In this document: positions 26,801-38,800 of the stretch, one piece after another
Position numbering within the stretch: the first letter of the stretch is position 1
Layout: each line of letters starts with the position of its first letter
Assembly: GCA_965235115.1 (NCBI GenBank)
Contig: OZ249436.1
Span: 35,962,001 to 36,026,000, forward strand
Length of the DNA stretch: 64,000 nucleotides
Direction: 5' to 3'
Source: Laetmonice hystrix
Lineage: Eukaryota
Notes under the pieces: generated by a model
Told to the model about the DNA's origin: nothing
The model's database searches: none
Seen by the model: the letters and a program-made list of their open reading frames with translations, nothing else
Translations under genes and position numbers: made by a program

Positions 26801-29800
26801 TGTTGTGGTAAAACACAGTCGTAAGGATGGCTTGCCACACTATGTATGACATGTCAACAAACGTCGGAAATGTGAATAGCTTCTAATTAGGGTAGCTTTA
26901 ATGTCGCTCCTTTGCATTTGAACTTGTTGCCGACAACTACAAAACGGATATGACGGGGAGCGTTATTTGCTGAAGGAGGCGGCGTGAAAGAATGGCAAAG
27001 AAAAACTGATGTTCCTGATGATATCTAATATCGGGTCACATAAAGTTAGACACATTGCACTAGAAATATTGGTATTCATACTATCCACAAGACATTATTA
27101 ACTGTCGGTTTTACAACTGAATGCCACAAATATACCTGTGATGCTGATCTGTTGAACATCAACGCCCTTCGTATAGCAGTCGTTGGTGACGTCATAAGAG
27201 AGTTGTGATGGCAGACTGTGATGCCGTTGGAACCCATTCTCAGTGCCTATACAGGAATAAATACATACACTTAATGACCCTTACATTACATATTATGTGC
27301 AATTCAAATTATAACGTGGCATCTGTATCGACTCAGGAAAACAAGGTAAGAAAGAGAAACGCATATATCGCCTGTCCAGAGGAAACGATGACAAAAGACT
27401 TCTTTCAGAAAACAAGAAGAAATAAAAAAAGGGGAAAATATGTATGCCCCGAATTGACGGAGACGTACTTTTCTGCCTCGTTGTGACTGAGCTCGAAGAC
27501 GATAGTCTGGCCTTTCTGAAGAAACTACCGAAGTAGCCACACTTCAGGGAGTCGACGAGTGTGGTTTTACCCACTCCACTGTGGCCGAATAGTTTGACCT
27601 TCAAACGACCCAGTGGAGTATTTGTGGGCATCAGTTGTCGCATGAACGTTTCGCGGCGTTCCTGTAACCAAGTGAAAATGTTATGTGGGCTGCACTGGCG
27701 ACCACAGCAGGCTTCTCGACAACTGGAAATATTCCGCCATATAATCTTTCTATTCACACACAAGTTTGTGAAACTACTGGTACACGGATAATATTGCTTC
27801 GAATCACAATTACATAGCTTTGATCATACGTATTTATTTGTTAAATATTCTACGTTTTTTTAAACCGGATTCCTCCACCTCAATTCTCAAGAGAGACACA
27901 TTAGGTTTATTTAAACAAATATCCAAAAACCAAACCAATATCCCAAGATGACATAATACACCATTAACGGGCCGACAGTAGGTGTGGAAGGGTTTGACAG
28001 GTTGGTTTGTTATGACTGACGACGTGTTTGGAGCCAAGAGATGATCCCATCAACCGCTGGCCTCGTGGATCACCAAACATTTTTAACAAGCTTGATCTAC
28101 TTTATGTTTGCTACGCGAATTTATCACCGGCCTGTGTAGGTCGGAATTCAACCTTATCGCCCCATGTAGCAAAATAGGTTTCGACACCAGCTTTTTATAT
28201 ACATGTATTTCCTTCTGCTGACCGGATGAAGCTGATGGATGTGTTAAAAAAAAACAGCTTGGCCACATCCCGGTGGTTGGCTCTTAGTCTTACCATAGAA
28301 CTGTAACAGTTCTATGGTCTTACAAACGTTATAACCGCATATCGATAAACCATTGGACAGAGTGGAAAATGAAATAAATCAGTGCTGCGGTGAAAATACA
28401 CACGGATTTACGTTTTTATTATAATTGTAAGCCACTTTGCCATATCTCTGGGCTGATATATACTACTTGAATTCTTCCAAGGAGTACGTGAAAACGAAAG
28501 TAGAGAATGAGATTCGAGAGTCAACGTAAGCACTTGTCTCATTTACAAGTCGGAACCCAAGGTAAAGCTGCAAAGCAAGCCTGACATTTGTACACACATG
28601 TATTTGTGCCGCATGCATTTTACAATCCCCTACATCTAGAATATTATCTTATCCTATTACGAAATATTACGGTAAATGTAGCCACTTTGTAAAATCGTGT
28701 GGTCAATGCAATACTAAGAAACAAAAAAAAACGTAAAATGTACTAATGGTTTCATGACGGGCTAGATATCGTTCTATCCTTCAGTTCCCCCAGCCCCAAG
28801 TAGGACCACTAGCATGCGACCTAGGCTTTTACACGCGTGTTCTTTAAGTGCAATAACTTTGCATTCCAGCCCAGGGCCCGGTTTTGAGTTCGTCATTTTA
28901 CCAATCTTAAGACTGGAATTTTAAGACTGACTTGTTTTATGGTCTCTCATTGGCTGACTTCATTTGAAGGACCAATCAGAAGCTCTGAAACAAGAGTTCA
29001 ATCTTAAGATTTGAATCTTAAGACTCGGTTTGCAAACTAAAAACCAGGGCCAGGGTTAGAACTGGTAGCAGTGTGCTTCCTTAATTCATGCGTTCAAGCC
29101 TCAGTGAGGGTGCCCGCAGCCGCCATCACCGCGTGCAGCATGTTTGTGTGCTACTGATGAGAGAAAAATAGAAACCATCACCTCCGAATCCCAGGTACCA
29201 CTTACGGGTTTTAACTTGGTCAACAACTCGGCAATGTCGTTGTGACCTTGGGCTAGGGCCATGATCTCCGCCGTTACTCCATCCTGCAATCCGAATTTAT
29301 AGTTATACACTTCCGACACCTACCTTAATGTAAAAATATCGTGACCTCTACCAGTTATTTAAAGTTGAAGGTCAGTACACAACAATGAGACAAACGAGAT
29401 CAAATGTTTTTATTTTTCTGTCGCTTATGATGCTTATTAGGTTCAACCAAATGCGAGATCATTTTATGCTCATTTGGGCCTTGAACGTCTTTACCCACTT
29501 ATTACGAAATGTAGAAGTGTTGTTTTAATATTCCACTTTCAAGCAACTGTAAATGACACCAGACTTATAAAGGATCCTGCAACTACTAGGTATGGTATCT
29601 ATAAACAGGTGCTAAAATATCACCTATTATTATCTCCGATTTAAAAAACTGACCTTATTGGGGAGCTCTGGCTCTGCCCCGGAGAGCAGGAGGCACCGGA
29701 CAACCTCTGTATGACCTGCCCGGGCAGCAAGGTGCAGGGGGGTCACTCCAGCCTTTAAAAACAAAACACAAAAATTAGATCAATAAAGGGGGCACTCCAG

Positions 29801-32800
29801 CCTTTAAAAGACATGGGAATTCTAACATTAGTAAGCTTAAAGAAACTTTATCACCGGTGATTCCTATGGCTTTAGGCTATAAATTATTTCTTGTATAAAT
29901 ACGTACCTTGCTCACAACGTCTAACCTGCAGCCAAGAGCACACAATGTTTGGACCACTGGCAGCAGGCCCTCTCGGCATGCTGAGTGTAAGGCGGTTTCC
30001 TGCAACTGTAAACACTTTAACGTGTATCTATCTATCACAGTGACTGTGTTAGCTAACTGAAGTAACTGATGTAACCAATGCGGCGTATTTAATGATCAAC
30101 TGCACAATATATATACGCCCCCTTATTTGATGTTCTTTGGTCTAGCCATGTTAAATAAAACAAGTAGGGGTTAAAGTGCCTTTGGATGTTAAAAAGGATG
30201 GATTTACTGTGATGCGATGCAGATTTCTAATAATATATGCCGAAAATATAATCAGCTTTATTCAACGGCACGAAATTAGACTTTACGTTATTTCAAACAC
30301 CTCGTCTTCCATTTTCATTCTGAATTCCAACTCAAGGGCAGGGAGGGAAAACAATTACAATATTTCATTGATATGTCAGTATGAGAAGGGACGGGGGGGG
30401 AGTAGGCAGGCGGAGAGTTGTGTGAGAGTTACCCACCTGGTCAGCGATGTCAAACTGGCACCCTCCATGCAGCAGGAGCAGTGCTATGGCCGTGTGGTGT
30501 CGGCGACACGCCAGGTGGAGCGGGGTGCTGCCACGCTGCGGCAGGAAAACAAACCACGTCACAGCTATGACTACTGCCACGGCACGGCACATACGTGTAC
30601 ATGTGAACAACTGGCCAAATAGGGAGTGTTCACAAACTTTACCAAACAGGGCTTAAAACTGAAAATTGCCTTATGTATTGACTGTACTGCAACTATAAGA
30701 ACATTGGTAATGGTTACCTTGTCGGCGACGTTTAGGTTCACTCCGGCGTCCAACAACACCTTGACACAGTCAAGGTTCCCCCTAGCGGCCGCACAGTGTA
30801 ACGGCGTTTCTCCCTCCTGGAAAAGTGGACAAAACTTGCAAGGTCACACAAGGTGAAGACGTCAGATTTTGTCAAGAAACCGCGTTTATCGCATCACTGA
30901 TTCTAAGATAAGGGTCCGATGTAACGAGAGCTACAATGGCGGTCTGAGACATATAAACGAAAGAATAACGAAGTGGGTCATGTCTGTTACCCGTGCTCCT
31001 CCCCCGTCAGTGTTATGGTGATCCTAATGTAGCACAATACGAGCACACCATCTCTATATTTTAAAGGTTCTAAAATCGTTTGGTCATACTTCAGTGGAGA
31101 CGCAGAGATATTGGTGTCAGGGATCCCGTAATTCCAACGTAAGTTTATAACTTTCACTCCTTATTGTAAGCTTGGAGATGGTTGGAAACATGCTTTAAAA
31201 TAATACATCGATAAAAAAATCAAAGGATGCCTACTGCTTTTGATAAAATATTACACACAGAAAAAAAAAAAATATTACGCCTTATACTGATGTCAACATG
31301 CAGCGTATTTTGAAGCATCCCTGTGATATATTTTAAAAGCTCAAATTAAGGGTTGAGTTGCTTGATGTTGACCCAAACTTCTGCTGTGTATTTGGTTGTT
31401 GTTTGATACTAGTTATGACGACACACACCTTGTTGGAGGCACTAGTGTCGCAGCCAGCGAGACAGAGTCGGAAACAGACGTGCGCCGGCAGCCCATGCCA
31501 GGCGGCATGGTGCAATGCGGACTCGCCCATCTATAGCGCACAAACAGATACATGCAAACTAAACAAAGTAAAATTATGCACCAAGGGCAAAAATACATGG
31601 GGTAGATATATACGTTTGTCTATTACCCGCTGGTCTATCGCTGCCAGATGCTGTACTGATGATCATTCCTCTTTAATTTGTAATTTTCAAGGAAAGTTAT
31701 CGTTTCTAAGCACACGTTGGCGCCACTAAAAGTTACATTATGCCTTGATAAAATGTACATTACTAAAGCATAATGCACTATTAGTAACCTATTACAAATC
31801 CTGTGACATTGTTTTGAGTTACAGCAGTGGTCCTGACAGTGTTATGCCATAGGCCCATATACCCAGGGCTACGCCTCGAGCAGATTACTACACCATAACA
31901 CCGTCTCGACCACGCGCCATCATGCAATATCCAATAAGTAGTAATTTAATATGGAAACATACTTTCGCAGGTTCGCATGGAGCGAATATTTCATGGGTAA
32001 TAGACTAGCAAATGATCTACCGACATGTATGACTAGATTAACTTGCAAAACGCTGTTTAATCTTTGGTAAATAAGTGAAAACTACACATCTCAACAAGGG
32101 AGATAATAAACGTGACAGATTAGAACTAGATCTAGTCATCATTGAATTAACATGCACTGATATGAATAAAATAAAACTACTGCTCAACCTATGATTAACC
32201 TATGCACAAAAAGGAACTATGGCAACCGAAAATACTTTACAAGTGAAAATAATAAATGTTACTGTGATATATTTTTTAGGGGGTGTTCCCAATGGATTCC
32301 AATTAAAAAATGTCTGTGTATTTTCATATCTTAAGCAAATTGTCATATAGCAGATGATACGTACTGCTAAAGTGCAATTCAAAAATCCCAATACGCACCT
32401 CTATACAAAATGTACCTTTTCATATCCTTACCACATCCTAATTTCTTCTTTTAAACAACGGTTAAAGATGATTAAAGCTTTGCTTTTAAAACGGAAGCGC
32501 TTTTATAAAGTGCACTCCCCCAGGGTGGGCGTGGCTGACCATATCGTACTGAATGGCAACTGTCCTTGAGAGGTCTCGCAATGAATGACGTCATTTCTTT
32601 CAAGACGAAATGACAGAACCAACTCCTCGTCATTTCACAAAGCAGGTTCGTCATCAAGAATGTCAAAAAGTCGCTCAAGAACAACCGTTAGATGATGAGA
32701 GCAGCCAAGTTTTCGAGAACGCTGTCATCATCGTAATGTCTTTTGCCAAACCATGCAGAAAGAGAAGGTAAAAGGTTCACCACGTCATGGGCTGTACTCG

Positions 32801-35800
32801 ACAGTGACATCTCCCTTGGTTCGACGGTCGCCATGGCGACAACCTTAGGTGTCAACAATCCTCTACCTACACCCGTGAAGACATGGGATATGCTGGCAGC
32901 CCTCTCCTCTTTAATAAAATCGTGGTAATGAGTAAAACTAATTAAATTACGTGGATGGCATCCTTTTCACAGATAAGGCGTCGCGCGTTTACACATCTGT
33001 CAATCGTAGTAATTCAGGCTTATCGTAACGTCAGGCCCAATACGACGACAAAACAGCACGCAATAAATTTTGACACCACTGGCTTCACAGTCACTGAGTT
33101 CAATGGCCCTCATCAATCTTTATAGCATTTAATATCAACTCAAACTATTTTGGGGGTGGGCTCCTGTGTGCGGTGCCTTCAAACGTATTTGGAGAACCTT
33201 CCTAGGCCAATAACGGTACGTATGGGCGACACACACTTTAAAAGAGATTCATCCTGTTGTTTAGGGGTGCCGTCAAATAGAATACTAAGTTTTTTAAAAT
33301 TTAACCCCCTCCGTTTCGTATGGTGCCCTTCACACTGTTTATGAAATAGGCCTTGGTACTATCTTTCATTTTGGTGTACAACTTCCTGTATCTCTCTTTT
33401 GTAAAGTGCAATGGGACCAAGGGTCATCCTTTACACTACCGGATTCGGATTGAAGTTTTACCTCTTTGCAACCGTCAGGGCCATATCAAGGCGGTCAATA
33501 GTGGAGGAAACCAGAGTATCCGGGATAAACCCACCGAACTTGCAGCACGAAACTGAGAACCCTTCTCACACCTGGCTCAAAGGGGGATTCGAACCCACAG
33601 CTGAGAGGTCCCAGAGATGGTGGTAGTGATCTCTGGAGGCCCTGTGGTCACGTGCCGGAGACTTAGAGTCACTGAGGTCCTTTTTCATTACCGGTAAATT
33701 CCCTATGGAAACTCCACCTTAGGTTAGCTCAAGACACTTAGGCCACAAATGATACACCGTTATTAAGCCCTAAAGCACCCACATAACTCTTTCGTTTCTC
33801 AAAGAAGAGGAAGAAAGGGGAAGAATAAGAAACAGAACCCACCTTGTCTTGGAGATTGACATCGGCCTGAGCTGTACAGAGGAGCTCGATGACGTTGGTG
33901 TGGCCGTAGCGGGCGGCTACGTGAATGGCTGCCTCTCCAGCCTACAGAATAAAAAAGTACATCATACTTTTTCTATTTAAGTATCTGTTTGAAATTAGTT
34001 CTCAGCACGGATACCTTTTCGTACTGTACGATAGAGGATCGTTTTCTGTATCATCGATCGTTAACGCGTTGATTTATGATTTGTTTAACATGTAAGACCC
34101 TGTTTTCGATTCTACGTCTTCAGATACTGAAGATGACGCCTTCAGTTTCTATACACTTTCTCAAGGAATCTTTGAAGGCTGAATATTTCTAAGAATATAC
34201 GTGATGCCAACCCACCTTGTTTTGCGTGCTAAGGCCGACTCCCTGTTCATTTAAGTACTCTATGATCTTCACCTGGCCTTGTCTGGCGGCCCAGTATATG
34301 GCGCTGTCTCCGTGCTGCGGCAGTAAAACAAATAACTTTTACCACACACCGAGAGACAGATAATTGTTATATCTGTGAATTACAACACTTACTGTCTCCT
34401 GATGGGAATTTGTAATGAATCCTAAATGGGAGTTTTATTCTGCTTAATAAATACGCGGTCTGCTTTCTGCTGGTGAATAATCCGTTCACCGAAAGGCAAT
34501 TGTTGTGTAATGAGAGAGAGATAAAGTATTCGTAGAGCTGAAAGAGCCTAAATACCATACCAACAGCATAAAGGGATTCACTCTGCAGACTAAAAACACA
34601 TTCCTCTCATCTTAGTGTTTTGTGGAAATGTAGAACGATTTTATAAAAAGATATACACCGAAAATACATCGGTTAGAAAGGAGAGTTCGTTACTGGTTGC
34701 GCAAAAATCTGGGAAGGGGGGGGGGGTGGTCTTCAGGGCGTTTGGAGTGGCTTTGAATAGGGATTCCTGGTTAATGGCATACAAATGTAATTGTATTTAT
34801 GAATTCTTTTGCCATTTTGATGGTAACTTTAAATATTTCACCAAAACGTAACAGATACTATTATCGTCGTCATGATCATCAAATTATTCGGTTTCTGGTT
34901 AAGTTTCATTTAAACGAAGATTATACCGTCACCATCAGCCTGCAATATTTGTGCCATTTCCAAAATAAAAATCCACCCCTACAGGAAAGGGCTTTTACTA
35001 TACGGACATCATGAACTTGGCCATCAAGGGTTTGGAATTACCCGGCGTGATGTGGAGATGTCCATGAATACCTCAATGATGGTCTCCGTGGGGGGTCATA
35101 TTACAAGCTCTGGTAGACGTCACCGACTGCCCGTGGCAGAGTGACACCCACACGAGAGCCCGGTAAGACGAGAGCAACAGGCATGTAGGCAGGGACAGGA
35201 GATTAGAATATTGCCGGAGACAGGGGAGAGCGAGAGGGCAATGAGCGGGCCGGGGACGGCTGTAGTCATCTCCGGCGGGTGGGTGCAGTGGTACGGGGGG
35301 CACAGTGGTACCGGGGGTGGGGTGGGGGTGGTACCGGGGGGGGGGGGGCGCAGTGGTACCGGAGGGGGGTGGGGGGCGCAGTGGTATCGGTGGTACCGGA
35401 GGGTGGAGTGGGGGTGGGCGCAGTGGTACCGGAGGGTGGGGGTGGGCGCAGTGGTACCGGAGGGAGGGGGTGGCGGTGGGCGCCGTGGTACCGGAGGGTG
35501 GGGGTGGCGGTGGACGCCGTGGTACCGGAGGGTGGGGTGGGGGTGGGGGTGGGCGCAGTAGTACCGGAGGGTGGGGGTGGCGGTGGGCGCAGTGGTACCG
35601 GAGGGTGGGGGTGGCGGTGGGCGCAGTGGTACCGGAGGGTGGGGGTGGGGGTGGGCGCAGTGGTACCGGAGGGTGGAGTGGGGGTGGGCGCAGTGGTACC
35701 GGAGGGTGGGGGTGGGCGCAGTGGTACCGGAGGGAGGGGGTGGCGGTGGGCGCCGTGGTACCGGAGGGTGGGGGTGGCGGTGGACGCCGTGGTACCGGAG

Positions 35801-38800
35801 GGTGGGGTGGGGGTGGGGGTGGGCGCAGTAGTACCGGAGGGTGGGGGTGGCGGTGGGCGCAGTGGTACCGGAGGGTGGGGGTGGCGGTGGGCGCAGTGGT
35901 ACCGGAGGGTGGGGGTGGGGGTGGGCGCAGTGGTACCGGAGGGTGGGGGTGGCGGTGGGCGCAGTGGTACCGGAGGGTTGGGGTGGAGGTGGGCGCCGTG
36001 GTACCGGAGGGTGGGGGTGGCGGTGGGCGCAGTGGTACCGGAGGGTGGGGGTGGCGGTGGGCGCAGTGGTACTGGAGGGTGGGGGTGGCGGTGGGCGCAG
36101 TGGGACCCGGGTGTGTTTGGGGTCAGTGACGGCACAGGGTGACGGTAATGGACAGGGGAGGACGGGGACCGACAGTAATTAAGGGACGGTGACCATCAGG
36201 GCTAAGGTTGCAGCCTTCAGCCCACCTCAGGCCGGGACCGACGCTCAGCCTCCCATCACTGCTACCATCTGTCTTCACTATCTTGTCATCCCCTCTCAGA
36301 CAATAGGATGCTTGGTGATCTTACTCAGTACCCTTGCGCTAGAGGCTGCCTGAATATCTACACCGCTTCCAGTACGGATCGCATTGACAACGGGCTCATA
36401 TTAATGAATAGCCTCTAGAACGGTGCGTTTTACCATTACGGCAGGCATATACTGTGTGCCATCTACAGTTACCCGCAAGTACTCGACTTTGAGGAGGTCA
36501 TAACTAAAGAACACTGACGAGGTCATAGCTAGGGGACCTTCCTAGAGAGAGTATCCGTCCCTTCTGGTATGTCCTTCAAGGCGGGAGTCGTGCTTTGCCT
36601 GTCTCCTCAGCAGAATAAGGTAGGATGAGCCTGCGGCGTTGGCCGTCAGGAAATAGTGTCCACTTACCTTGTCTGTGGCGTGTAGGTCGCTGCCCTTCTC
36701 ATGTAGGAACTGGACAACGTCCAGATGGCCCCCACTGGCAGCCATGTGCAGGGCCGTCTCGCCATGCTGAAACACACAAAATCAAATCAAATACATCATT
36801 AACCTGAGAAACGATGTAGATGGACACACAGCTACATCTGTTATGGTTTCTCGACGTCACCATCCTGGAGCATCCATGTGGTGCATACACACCCCATCTC
36901 ATGTAAAATTACTACTTACATGTTTGATTGCCTCTGGGCCACCTAATCAAACGCCTTAGAGAATCAATCCTGCCATCATCTATAGCCTTTCCTATCCATC
37001 TCATGAAGAGTCCATTTCCAGAACGAGACCTAATCTTTCAAGATGTAGAAGTCCTTACATAGATTCATCATGCGATCCTAGCATGCTAGCAAAAAAGGCC
37101 AAAAAAGTGGGGTTCCTAGAACATAATACTGGAGTAACAACAAGAAAAATCAAACACTATGACAAAAAGACAGAGATCTTAGAATTCTGTCGGTTAAATC
37201 CACAATTGTCACCTTTGGTGCAGGTAACCTTCTCACTACCGTGTAATATATTTTTATCGAGGCCACAATTACAGGAATTGTACCGACTCCAACGAAGAAA
37301 CCTCCCATTTCACAATAACTGCCGCATTTTCGTACACATCTCCTGCTGCTGTCTTTATGAGATTGACTGGATGCATACAATTAGCTCTCCAGCTCTTAAA
37401 GTCACCAATCCATCACCGACTATCCTTGGCCGGTGATGGGGCCTTGCCACCTGAAATAATTACCGCCCCAAACATCGCACCTGAAGCGGCACGTCTCCCC
37501 GAAATTACTGTGCAGAGTCGTCCGTGAGAGCATGGCATCCTTCACTTGTAGGCGTCCTGCCGTCATTAGGCAGATGAGTGAGAAGGTCACATGATGCAGG
37601 TCGAGTAATTGTGGGGTTCATGAACGTTATGTACATGCCCTCTTCAGCACCTAATGGTTTCTGCCTGGATGAAAACACCTCCTTTCACAGCGCCTCTCCT
37701 CGGGCGACATGCAAACTGTCGGTATTCTGTAAAGGTCAATCGTAGTTCTCCCTCTCTAAAAGCCTCACTTCATGGACTCCTCTGCTGTTCTCGAACTCTC
37801 TCTCTCTCTTTCAGTACCCTCTCTATATTCCTCACATATCCACTAACCCAAGAGACCTAATATACACCAATCATATGAAACAAAACTTAAAAAGACAATG
37901 AACTAGTTCTGCTAGGGGTTCTGGTTCTAAACTAACGTTACGTGCAAAAACACTTTCAAATTCGTTGAATATCAACATACTGGATAAAAGTTTAGTTCGA
38001 TAATTTGAGTTCACTATTCCAAAAGCCACTTGTGTGTTCTGTTGACACATGTATTTATTAGTGATCCACCGTTAATCCATCATTAATTATCGTTCCCTTA
38101 ATAACTCAGAATGCTTCTTGAAGACCAACACAACTTCAACACGTCTGGGCATGGAACTGTACAGTGACTGTAGACTGTATACTCGTTTGACATCGAACCA
38201 CTCCTCCACTCGTTGGGCTCTGTGTGCAGGAGCCTTGTCTTGTTGAAATATAAAAGGCATCTTTAGGTCGCCTGCAGTGTTCTCATTGATTGTAGCAAGT
38301 TCTGCTCCAGAATATCGATGTAATCCTGGTGGTTCATGTTGTCTTCCACAACCACAAGTTCACGGAATCCAAAGATTGTGATTTACGCTCGCTCGGAACA
38401 CGCTCCTTGCCGACAAACTTGGGACAAATTTGACGGTTCCATTGCAGTTCCATTCTCAGACTCGCAGACTCCTACCCTTCCATCGTTGAAAAACCAGGTT
38501 GAAGCACGATTTGTCCGAAGCAGACCTTTATCCAGTCTTCCTATATGTTCCACAATCGGATACGCTAGGATCCGTGCGAAAAATCGGTGTTTTCCTAACG
38601 AATTTTCCATTTTTGCAATCATACTTTGACACATTCAAATTTGTATTCAGGACTATACATTATCGGACTAAACTTAGTATGTCCGGTATGTGTTACTACA
38701 TGATCCATGTATATACAGTTCAGCACTAAAGCTTTATAATTACTTCCGTCTACTACGCCTTCTGTTATGTGATAACTGAAAGTTCTCTAATTAAAAAAAA

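Noticed and set aside
33584..33680. tRNA gene
   Set aside because: A B-box is present but no cloverleaf can be built, and it adjoins a SINE core domain.
35211..36182. Long Pro-rich/Gly-rich ORFs on both strands (up to 289 aa)
   Set aside because: By-products of a stop-free G-rich minisatellite inside a DAPK1 intron.
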